NCBI GenBank assembly: GCA_026686805.1
Contig: GCA_026686805.1_3949.1
DNA: 52,601 nt
From: a phage
Strand: one strand, 5' to 3'
Shown here: piece after piece, positions 9,333-15,718 of the stretch
Layout: each line of letters starts with the position of its first letter
How positions within the stretch are numbered: position 1 is the first letter of the stretch
Notes under the pieces: model-generated
Seen by the model: the letters and a program-made list of their open reading frames with translations, nothing else
Told to the model about the DNA's origin: nothing
Database searches by the model: none
Made by a program: the position numbers and the translations under genes

Positions 9333-9923
9333 TTAAGCTTTGGTCTTAAGTAGGTTTTTAAGTTTTTTAAGATTCATACTCTCATCAAACTTAAAACCAA
9401 ATCCATTGACATAATCAATGAACTCGGATTTCTTACTGAGTGACAATGCGTAACTCATATCGAAGTTCTTACTTGTTTCTGCGTCTGGACTAGAGTTCAC
9501 ATCAAATGAAATTTCTGTAGGTTCTTGCTTACTTTTTCTCATATTATCAACCAACAAACATGTATAGTTTGCTGGATAGAAGTTTACACTACCATCAACG
9601 TAGCTGTACTTATTATTATGGATAAGGTTTGAAAATACCTTAAGAAATGTTTCTGAGTCGTGGCAAACAAGTTTGAATTGGCTGCTCTCTCCAAGCGCAA
9701 CTAATGAGTACGGACTTTCACTATCAAAGTCATAATTTGGATTCGATGGCGTCACTGTTACACGCATCAAGTTATTAGCGATAGTCTTCTGTTTAAAAGA
9801 ATTTTGAACATAGTGAAGACCTCTATCACACTGATTGACTAGCTCTTTAAGTAGGTCATTTGCATATGGTGAGTTAATTGATACAGAGCCATCACTATTG
9901 TAATTAAAACTTACTGTTAACAT
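9333..9923 (-). CDS. hypothetical protein (196 aa)
   Basis: ORF from track. Confidence 0.5.
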   Translation of the reverse strand: MLTVSFNYNSDGSVSINSPYANDLLKELVNQCDRGLHYVQNSFKQKTIANNLMRVTVTPSNPNYDFDSESPYSLVALGESSQFKLVCHDSETFLKVFSNLIHNNKYSYVDGSVNFYPANYTCLLVDNMRKSKQEPTEISFDVNSSPDAETSKNFDMSYALSLSKKSEFIDYVNGFGFKFDESMNLKKLKNLLKTKA

Positions 9924-10150
9924 TTTTCAGTTCTCCTGCGATTTATGATTTTGCTGCAATAGAGAAACGAAGTAAACTCACTGGAAGAAACCATTAAGTG
10001 TTGTTCACTAGATTGAGCCATTGCCCTGAAATACATTCCAGTCAAAGCATCATAGTGACTATTCTTTCCAATTGAGGTTATATAGCCATGACTCTTTGCA
10101 GTTTGATATAAATCTATAATATCTGCGATTTCTAATTGGGAACTACACAT
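9917..10150 (-). CDS. hypothetical protein (77 aa)
   Basis: ORF from track. Confidence 0.4.
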   Translation of the reverse strand: MCSSQLEIADIIDLYQTAKSHGYITSIGKNSHYDALTGMYFRAMAQSSEQHLMVSSSEFTSFLYCSKIINRRRTEKC

Positions 10151-10392
10151 AGATAATCCTCTTGTCTTCTGTAATTTTGAAAGAACAGGTACAGACCAAT
10201 TTCAGAGGATGAATAGTAGATTGACTCTACCCTTTTTGATTCCTTACAGTGATTGGTATTCTTACCTTTCTTCGGTTTATTTGATTTTCTCATTAAGTCT
10301 CCTTTGTAGAACAAGGCAGACCTACAGCTTTAAGTAAGATGGTACAGTAATCCATACAACAAGTCAAGAACTATTGCAAGTTAAAAAAGTTG

Positions 10393-10416
10393 TTGACAAA
10401 GTACTTGACAAGGTGT
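10393..10416 (+). promoter_or_regulatory. conserved element gttgacaaWgtacttgacaaggtgt with tandem TTGACA boxes (copy 1)
   Basis: near-identical copy at 52541-52565; lies in divergent intergenic region upstream of the + strand gene at 10543. Confidence 0.35.
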
Positions 10417-10542
10417 AGGCTTATAAATACTTAGAAGATTACTTAAAAGGTTCCTCTAAAAAGGCTATTTAAACAGATATCTTTCTGGATATCTATCTTT
10501 TATCTTAAAAGCCTTTTAAGAGGTCTTATAAGAGGCATACCA

Positions 10543-10914
10543 ATGAAAAACAGAACAAACAAAGGCCAGTTTAAAAAAGGCCAATCTGGAAACCCATCTG
10601 GAAGACCAAAAGGCTCTCGCAACAAAAGCTCACTTGTAAAAGCTCAACTGACCATTGACAATTCTGCTGAGTTTGCTGCAAAGTTATTTGAAGCGATTGT
10701 TACAAGGGATGCTGCTAAGCTTGCAGAGTTCGGGTTAAACACAGATGACGTAACCATCAAGAGTATGATTGAGGTCGGTAAAACTATCTTTACTCACTCA
10801 GCAGGTGAGATGAAAGCACTTGCAGCAGACACTAAGAAGACTCCTGATAATGGTGGTCAACAACAGACAGATAACAAACCAACGTTCTCTGCTGTAGCGA
10901 CTCTTAAAAAATAA
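10543..10914 (+). CDS. hypothetical protein with basic N-terminal GNPSGRPKG (AT-hook-like) motif
   Basis: ORF with AAGAGG RBS; motif KGQSGNPSGRPKGSRNK suggests nucleic-acid binding (inference). Confidence 0.55.
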   Translation: MKNRTNKGQFKKGQSGNPSGRPKGSRNKSSLVKAQLTIDNSAEFAAKLFEAIVTRDAAKLAEFGLNTDDVTIKSMIEVGKTIFTHSAGEMKALAADTKKTPDNGGQQQTDNKPTFSAVATLKK

Positions 10915-10925
10915 TTTTAAAAGGT

Positions 10926-10961
10926 GTTGACAGACTCTATAAAGTTGCTCTAAAGTCTGTC
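10926..10961 (+). promoter_or_regulatory. perfect 9-bp inverted repeat (tgacagact / agtctgtca) containing a TTGACA box, between two genes
   Basis: seen directly; hairpin 10927-10961 with 17-nt loop; could be terminator-like hairpin and/or operator/promoter. Confidence 0.3.
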
Positions 10962-10995
10962 ACATCAACAAACAAATGAGAGAAGAGAGTAAAAT

Positions 10996-12411
10996 ATGAG
11001 CGAATTATTTAAACATGCGCACCTTCATGCAGGTCGAACTGAAAATGGTGCTGTAAACCATACTTCATCAATGTCTGCTCTTGTAGACTTTTACAAAGCT
11101 GCTGGTTCAAGCCGTAGCAACGTAGAAATCTTACCAGACCTGTTCTACAAAGCTTTGCGTGAGGATGTTGATGTTGTAGTTCGTATTTTGCTTCATATGC
11201 GAGATGTACGAGAAGGTATGGGTGAGCGTAAAGCCTTCAGAACTGTTTTACTTCAAGCGATTGAAGACAAAGTTTTAGAGCCTACGCAGGTTCTTCGCAT
11301 TATGGATAAGATTGCAGAACTTGGTCGTTTTGATGACTTCAAAATCTTCGTAGGTACTCGTTTCGAGACAGATGCCTTCAAACATCTAGAAGCAGCATTA
11401 CTAGACCCTGCAACAGCAGGTTTGGCGGCTAAGTGGTTACCACGAGTCAAACCACGTCATAAGCAGTTTGTAAAACGTTTCTGCAAGTTTGCCAACTTGA
11501 GTGAGAAAGAGTACCGCACACTGTTGTCTGCACTATCTGATACAGTTGAGCAAAAAATCTCTGCTAATGAGTTTGGTAAGATTGACTACAGTAAGATTCC
11601 TTCACTTGCTGCTGCACGTTACCAAAAACTGTTTAACCGCAAAGATGGAGAACGCTACAAAGCTTACATCGAGTCCTTATCAAAGGGTGAGGCTAAGATT
11701 AATGCTGGTGCTGTTTACCCATACGATGTAATTAAATCTGTTAAGCATGGTAATGCAGATGTTGCTAATGAGCAGTGGAAAGCACTACCAAACTGGATGG
11801 CAGAGGGTGAAAACATCTTGTGTATGTCTGATGTTTCAAGCTCAATGTCTTGGGTGAATTTTGGTTCAATTACTGCTCTTGATATTGGTGTTTCACTTGC
11901 ATTGTATGTAGCAGAACGTAATACAGGTTGCTTTAAGAATGAGTTGATGGTTTATTCAACAAACCCTCACTTCATCGAACTGAGTGGTGATTTACGAAAC
12001 CGTCATCGTCAGGTGATGCGACACGTTGAATATGGCTCAACTAACTTACAAGCAGCTTTTGACCGTATTCTTGAAACAGGTAAAAGAAACAACTTGACTC
12101 AGAAAGATATGCCAAGTAAGCTTATCATCTTCTCCGATATGGAGTTCAATCAGGTTGATGGAGCTAACGGTCGTACAAACTTTGAAGCAATTCGTAGTAA
12201 GTACAAAAAAGCTGGATACGAAATGCCTCAACTGGTATTCTGGTACTTAGCAAACCGTAATGGTACTTGCGAAGTGTCTGTTAAGGATAACGGTGTAGCA
12301 ATGGTATCTGGTTTTTCTCCAGCTACTTTAAAAGCTCTGCTTGGTGGTGAGAAGTTTGACCCAATCAGTGTAATGCTCAAAGCAGTAATGATTGACCGTT
12401 ATATCTGGTAA
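10996..12411 (+). CDS. von Willebrand factor A (vWA) domain protein with MIDAS motif, N-terminal helical domain
   Basis: DxSxS MIDAS-like motif (MSDVSSSMS) followed by hydrophobic strand ...LIIFSDMEFNQ; 471 aa; RBS present. Confidence 0.55.
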   Translation: MSELFKHAHLHAGRTENGAVNHTSSMSALVDFYKAAGSSRSNVEILPDLFYKALREDVDVVVRILLHMRDVREGMGERKAFRTVLLQAIEDKVLEPTQVLRIMDKIAELGRFDDFKIFVGTRFETDAFKHLEAALLDPATAGLAAKWLPRVKPRHKQFVKRFCKFANLSEKEYRTLLSALSDTVEQKISANEFGKIDYSKIPSLAAARYQKLFNRKDGERYKAYIESLSKGEAKINAGAVYPYDVIKSVKHGNADVANEQWKALPNWMAEGENILCMSDVSSSMSWVNFGSITALDIGVSLALYVAERNTGCFKNELMVYSTNPHFIELSGDLRNRHRQVMRHVEYGSTNLQAAFDRILETGKRNNLTQKDMPSKLIIFSDMEFNQVDGANGRTNFEAIRSKYKKAGYEMPQLVFWYLANRNGTCEVSVKDNGVAMVSGFSPATLKALLGGEKFDPISVMLKAVMIDRYIW

Positions 12412-12420
12412 AAAGTTTTA

Positions 12421-12457
12421 AAAAGGGTATTGACAATGTGTTTGATACCCTTTAATA
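12421..12457 (+). promoter_or_regulatory. sigma70-like promoter TTGACA-17-TAATAT embedded in a perfect 9-bp inverted repeat, upstream of the tRNA array
   Basis: -35 ttgaca 12429-12434, 17-nt spacer, -10 taatat 12452-12457; inverted repeat aaagggtat(12421-12429)/atacccttt(12444-12452). Confidence 0.45.
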
Positions 12458-12576
12458 TGTTCTACATAGAAACGAAACGAGAGCTTTTCTAAGATACTGA
12501 AAAATATTTTAAAAAAGTTCTTGACAACCACTAAAAAATAATGTTAAAGTGGTTACATAGAGTTTGAAAAGTTTAT

Positions 12577-12653
12577 CTCTGTTTAGCTCAGCTTGGTAGA
12601 GCGTTCCGTTTGGGGCGGTAAGGCCGGAGGTTCAAGTCCTCCAACAGAGACCA
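12577..12653 (+). tRNA. tRNA-Pro (anticodon TGG)
   Basis: hand-folded cloverleaf: acceptor ctctgtt/aacagag, D-arm gctcagcttggtagagc, anticodon loop ttTGGgg, T-loop ttcaagt, CCA encoded. Confidence 0.65.
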
Positions 12654-12660
12654 AATTAAT

Positions 12661-12738
12661 GTTCCAGTAGACAAAATGGTAAAGTCACCACTCTTTCAAA
12701 GTGGATATCTGAGGGTTCAAATCCCTTCTGGAACGCCA
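12661..12738 (+). tRNA. tRNA-Glu (anticodon TTC)
   Basis: acceptor gttccag/ctggaac, anticodon stem ccact/agtgg, loop ctTTCaa, T-loop ttcaaat, CCA encoded. Confidence 0.75.
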
Positions 12739-12745
12739 GTTTTGA

Positions 12746-12817
12746 CAGAAGACCAATTACAGCAAACTTAATCTACTCATCTGACACGAAATCGGACAAA
12801 GAAGATATTTGGTCTGG
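12746..12817 (+). repeat. bipartite spacer element copy a (CAGAAGACC-nnWTWCAGCAA ... GGTCTGG)
   Basis: seen directly; 5' block 12746-12765, 3' block 12811-12817; agacc/ggtct can pair. Confidence 0.5.
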
Positions 12818-12828
12818 TCATTGAGAAT

Positions 12829-12905
12829 TGCGGGTATAGAGAAAGGGCGTCTCACATGTCTCATTAGCATGGTATCGGCAGGTTCGACTCCTGCACCCGC
12901 CTCCA
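12829..12905 (+). tRNA. tRNA with CAT anticodon (Met or Ile-lysidine type)
   Basis: anticodon stem catgt/gcatg, loop ctCATta, T-arm gcagg-ttcgact-cctgc, CCA encoded; acceptor has a mismatch at one end so boundaries +/-1. Confidence 0.6.
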
Positions 12906-12911
12906 ATTTTG

Positions 12912-12971
12912 CAGAAGACCGTATTCAGCAACAAAATACTTTTTGCGGATAAAAGAAAAAACACGGTCTGG
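12912..12971 (+). repeat. bipartite spacer element copy b
   Basis: gcagaagaccgtattcagcaa ... acacggtctgg. Confidence 0.5.
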
Positions 12972-12982
12972 CAATGTATTAA

Positions 12983-13059
12983 GGTTAGGAAGCACATAAG
13001 GTATGTGCGGTCGCCTGTTAAGCGAATGGCACAGGGTTCGAATCCCTGACTAACCGCCA
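12983..13059 (+). tRNA. tRNA-Asn (anticodon GTT)
   Basis: acceptor ggttagg/actaacc, D-stem gcac/gtgc, anticodon loop ctGTTaa, T-arm caggg-ttcgaat-ccctg, CCA encoded. Confidence 0.7.
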
Positions 13060-13067
13060 AATTAAAT

Positions 13068-13155
13068 GTGTCGTTATCCCGTAGATGGTAGCGGTGGGGA
13101 CTGTAAATCCCTTGTCATTGAGACTCGGTAGGTTCGACTCCTACACGGCACACCA
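13068..13155 (+). tRNA. tRNA-Tyr (anticodon GTA), long variable arm
   Basis: acceptor gtgtcgt/acggcac, anticodon stem gggga/tccct, loop ctGTAaa, long variable arm, T-arm gtagg-ttcgact-cctac, CCA. Confidence 0.7.
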
Positions 13156-13160
13156 ATAAA

Positions 13161-13237
13161 GGCTATGTAGTTTAACTGGAGAAAATACTCCCCTGTCACG
13201 GGAGATGATGTGAGTTCAAGTCTCATCGTAGCCGCCA
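13161..13237 (+). tRNA. tRNA-Asp (anticodon GTC)
   Basis: acceptor ggctatg/cgtagcc, anticodon stem ctccc/gggag, loop ctGTCac, T-loop ttcaagt, CCA. Confidence 0.75.
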
Positions 13238-13298
13238 ATTTTGAGAGGGCTATTTAGCCCCTCCCTTAAAGAGTTCTTACGAGTATTCTTTAAAGGAG

Positions 13299-13372
13299 CA
13301 GAAGACCAAATACAGCAAGAATGTATGAAATTTCAAGCCAATTTAATTTTGAAAATTTAAAACTTGGTCTGG
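13299..13372 (+). repeat. bipartite spacer element copy c
   Basis: agcagaagaccaaatacagcaa ... aacttggtctgg. Confidence 0.5.
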
Positions 13373-13385
13373 CTCAACAAATTTA

Positions 13386-13517
13386 CAGAAGACCGTTTAC
13401 AGCAAAACTTAAACAATCTATTTCTCCGGTAAAGAAAAGGCGAAGGTTCGATTCCTTCACTCGGCAGATGTCGAGTTGGTGTAATGGTAGCACTTAAGAT
13501 GATAAACAACGGTCTGG
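13386..13517 (+). repeat. bipartite spacer element copy d, enclosing a tRNA-like relic
   Basis: acagaagaccgtttacagcaa ... aacaacggtctgg; interior holds T-arm/acceptor-like and acceptor/D-arm-like segments. Confidence 0.5.
13442..13495 (+). other. tRNA-like relic in reversed half order (T-arm + 3' acceptor strand immediately followed by complementary 5' acceptor strand + D-arm)
   Basis: gaagg-ttcgatt-ccttc + actcggc then gtcgagt + ggtgtaatggtagcac; no complete cloverleaf can be drawn. Confidence 0.35.
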
Positions 13518-13666
13518 TAATTATCTTTGTAGATAAGTTATTAAGCTTACCTGTGAGTATGCGACCACAAAGGGTGAAAGGGTAAATTCTAGATTTAAAC
13601 CCAACAAGGCACATCGCTACAGACCTTAAGCAAGTCTGGGTAGCTTATCTACAAAGGTAATTTAAT

Positions 13667-13742
13667 GGAAGTGTAGCAGAATGGTGATGCGGCAGACTTT
13701 TAATCTGACAGGCGATGGGTTCGAATCCCTCCACTTCTACCA
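13667..13742 (+). tRNA. tRNA-Lys (anticodon TTT)
   Basis: acceptor ggaagtg/cacttct, anticodon loop ctTTTaa, T-loop ttcgaat, CCA; T-stem weak in my fold. Confidence 0.6.
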
Positions 13743-13746
13743 AAAT

Positions 13747-13823
13747 GGTTCAGTCGCAGATAAGGTAATGCAAGGGTCTCATAAGCCCTATGAATGTGGG
13801 TTCAATTCCCATCTGAACCTCCA
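13747..13823 (+). tRNA. tRNA with CAT anticodon (Met, initiator or Ile-lysidine type)
   Basis: acceptor ggttcag/ctgaacc, anticodon stem agggt/gccct, loop ctCATaa, T-loop ttcaatt, CCA. Confidence 0.7.
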
Positions 13824-13831
13824 ATTTATCG

Positions 13832-14326
13832 GTGATACTTATGATTTGTGCTAACAAAGATTGCGGAAATGAAGCCGTTAAAGGTGGAAAATTTTGCTCA
13901 CGCTCTTGTTCTGCAAAAGTGAACAACAAGAAACACCCAAAGAGAAGTCAGGAAGGCTCTTGCCATTCATGCGGAAAGGTAACGCCAAAAGCAAGAAAAT
14001 ACTGTGACGAATGTATTTCAGGTGGAGTCATGAAAAAACATAAGACCCATCATGAAAAAAGCAAAGCTAAATCACTGCACGTTAAAAAGTCTCGTGATAG
14101 ACTGAAGAAGGCTTTAGTTGATTACAAGGGTGGTTGTTGTTCAATTTGTGGTTACAATAGGTGCATAAAGGCTCTAGAGTTTCACCACTTAGACCCTAAC
14201 ACAAAAGACTTCACAGTAGGTCAAAAACACTACTCACTGGCTACAATGCAGTCTGAAGTTGATAAGTGTGTCTTGCTTTGTGCAAATTGCCATAGAGAAG
14301 TACACGAAGGGGTAACAATGCTGTGA
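13832..14326 (+). CDS. HNH homing endonuclease (Cys-rich N-terminus, C-terminal HNH motif)
   Basis: C-terminal ...CSICGYNRC...LEFHHLDPNTKDF...CVLLCANCHREVHEG = HNH signature; embedded in tRNA array; stop codon overlaps start of tRNA-Ile. Confidence 0.75.
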   Translation: MILMICANKDCGNEAVKGGKFCSRSCSAKVNNKKHPKRSQEGSCHSCGKVTPKARKYCDECISGGVMKKHKTHHEKSKAKSLHVKKSRDRLKKALVDYKGGCCSICGYNRCIKALEFHHLDPNTKDFTVGQKHYSLATMQSEVDKCVLLCANCHREVHEGVTML

Positions 14327-14395
14327 AAGCACATATGGATGTGCATTCGGCTGATAACCGAAAGGTAGAAGGTTCGAATCCTTCTCACAGTACCA
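14320..14395 (+). tRNA. tRNA-Ile (anticodon GAT)
   Basis: acceptor gctgtga/tcacagt, D-stem gcac/gtgc, anticodon stem ttcgg/ccgaa, loop ctGATaa, T-arm gaagg-ttcgaat-ccttc, CCA. Confidence 0.75.
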
Positions 14396-14410
14396 ATTTC
14401 AATAAAGTTG

Positions 14411-14439
14411 TTGACATTGAGATGCGACTACTTTATAGT
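14411..14439 (+). promoter_or_regulatory. sigma70-like promoter TTGACA-17-TATAGT inside the tRNA array
   Basis: -35 ttgaca 14411-14416, 17-nt spacer, -10 tatagt 14434-14439. Confidence 0.5.
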
Positions 14440-14445
14440 AACCTT

Positions 14446-14610
14446 AGTTTTCGTTGCGTAGCGTCTATTTTGCAAATTTAAAATAAATGCAAACGACAAT
14501 GTTTTTCTGGCAGTAGCTTGATAGGCTAAACACCAGTGAGGTCTTCCAATCCCTCATCAAAGAATTTGGCGTACTAGCCCACGGTATGATTAATAAGGTG
14601 GGCATCTTTA
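14446..14610 (+). ncRNA. candidate small structured RNA downstream of promoter (no coding potential, no tRNA fold)
   Basis: hairpins tttgca/tgcaaa and gcccac(14577-14582)/gtgggc(14598-14603) followed by atcttt; purely structural inference. Confidence 0.2.
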
Positions 14611-14643
14611 AGGGCTTTCTAAGAGAGTCTTTAAAGATAATTA

Positions 14644-14725
14644 CGGGGCGTATCTCAGCGGTCTTCTAAACCGCCGTTAACCGAGTAAGTGGAGTATGCG
14701 GGTTCGAGTCCTGCCGCCTCGACCA
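14644..14725 (+). tRNA. atypical tRNA-like gene, possible tRNA-Arg (anticodon TCT); D-arm not placeable, 23-nt region between anticodon and T arms
   Basis: acceptor cggggcg/cgcctcg, perfect anticodon arm gcggt-ctTCTaa-accgc, T-arm gcggg-ttcgagt-cctgc, CCA; geometry non-canonical. Confidence 0.35.
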
Positions 14726-14868
14726 ATTTAGTTAGCAGATTACTTAGACGACCTTATCGGGTCTCCGTGTAAGGAGGTGGTCTGTATCTCATGTTTTCCA
14801 GAACATGTAAATAATCTGAGAAGGGGCTTTACAGTGTTGAGATAATACGGTAAGCTTCGAATTATAGT

Positions 14869-14951
14869 ATGGGACGATGTTAAGACTCTAAGGCATGAGC
14901 AACGGCTTCCAACACCGTTTCAAAGGGGTTCAACTCCTCCGTCCCATGCCA
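14869..14951 (+). tRNA. atypical tRNA-like gene, possible tRNA-Trp (anticodon CCA); 7 extra nt between acceptor and D-arm
   Basis: acceptor atgggac/gtcccat (7/7), anticodon arm acggc-ttCCAac-accgt, T-loop ttcaact, CCA. Confidence 0.35.
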
Positions 14952-14964
14952 AAGTCTTATTAGG

Positions 14965-15052
14965 GGTAGGTAGCGGCTAATGGTAGCCAAACTGTCTTGA
15001 AAACAGTTGCCACTGTAGAGATACGGTGAGGGTTCGACTCCTTTACTTACCG
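14965..15052 (+). tRNA. tRNA-Ser (anticodon TGA), long variable arm
   Basis: acceptor ggtaggt/acttacc, perfect anticodon stem actgt/acagt, loop ctTGAaa, 20-nt variable arm, T-arm gaggg-ttcgact-ccttt; CCA not encoded. Confidence 0.7.
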
Positions 15053-15310
15053 CCTAATAAGATTTTAAAGCCAAGCTTCATTCGGATGTTGCTTTGGTAT
15101 CCCTCGTGTATTGTCGTACACACTGATAAAACACCTAGTAGGTGTCACGGAGAAGAGATAATATCAAGCTCTCCAAAGGTTCTAGTCACCGGATTAAACA
15201 AGACTATGCAAAGACCTTTTTAGGTCTTTTTAGAGGGCTTCTAAGGTTATTACGGCTTGTTGTGGAACCTTGTTGCTTAGGTTCTTAGAAGTTCTCTAAA
15301 AAGATTTAAT

Positions 15311-15388
15311 GGGAGATTGACGGTAATTGGTAAACCTATCTCGCTTAGAACGAGATGTTTGAGGGTTCGAATCCCTTGTCTCCTACCA
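15311..15388 (+). tRNA. tRNA with TAG anticodon (Leu by anticodon), short variable loop
   Basis: acceptor gggagat/gtctcct, perfect anticodon stem tctcg/cgaga, loop ctTAGaa, T-loop ttcgaat, CCA; class I architecture unusual for Leu. Confidence 0.55.
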
Positions 15389-15395
15389 AATTAAT

Positions 15396-15471
15396 GCAGG
15401 TGTAGCAAAATGGTTATGCGGCTGACTCTTAATCAGTAAGACGATGGGTTCAATTCCCTCCACCTGTACCA
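15396..15471 (+). tRNA. tRNA-Lys (anticodon CTT)
   Basis: acceptor gcaggtg/cacctgt, anticodon stem gctga/tcagt, loop ctCTTaa, T-loop ttcaatt, CCA. Confidence 0.65.
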
Positions 15472-15476
15472 AAAAT

Positions 15477-15552
15477 GGGGTCATAGTTTATATGGTTAAA
15501 ATTCGAGTTTTGCAAACTTGGGAACTGAGTTCAATTCTCAGTGACTCCACCA
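15477..15552 (+). tRNA. tRNA-Ala (anticodon TGC)
   Basis: acceptor ggggtca/tgactcc, anticodon stem cgagt/acttg, loop ttTGCaa, T-loop ttcaatt, CCA. Confidence 0.65.
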
Positions 15553-15558
15553 ATTAGT

Positions 15559-15633
15559 GCATCCATAGTTTAAACGGGAAAATTACAGTCTTCCAAACTG
15601 AGGTTGAGGGTTCGATTCCCTCTGGATGCTCCA
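15559..15633 (+). tRNA. tRNA-Gly (anticodon TCC)
   Basis: acceptor gcatcca/tggatgc, anticodon loop ctTCCaa, T-arm gaggg-ttcgatt-ccctc, CCA. Confidence 0.7.
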
Positions 15634-15640
15634 AATTAAT

Positions 15641-15716
15641 GCTCCTATCGTATAATTGGCTATTACGGTTGCCTTGTAAGCAACTTATCAGGGTTCGAAT
15701 CCTTGTGGGAGCACCA
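15641..15716 (+). tRNA. tRNA-Thr (anticodon TGT)
   Basis: acceptor gctccta/tgggagc, perfect anticodon stem gttgc/gcaac, loop ctTGTaa, T-loop ttcgaat, CCA. Confidence 0.75.
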
Positions 15717-15718
15717 AT

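Noticed and set aside
10132-10314. 60-aa minus-strand ORF at the leftward operon's 5' end
   Set aside because: Very short and overlaps 9917..10150; could be real but evidence is insufficient, so it was not listed as a feature.
12519-12557. Second TTGACA box upstream of the first tRNA
   Set aside because: No acceptable -10 hexamer at 16-18 bp spacing; the 12429-12457 promoter is the better candidate.
12818-13614. Minus-strand ORFs 12818..13060 and 13357..13614 from the six-frame track
   Set aside because: They lie antisense to well-formed tRNA genes and spacer repeats, have no RBS and are low-complexity; almost certainly spurious.
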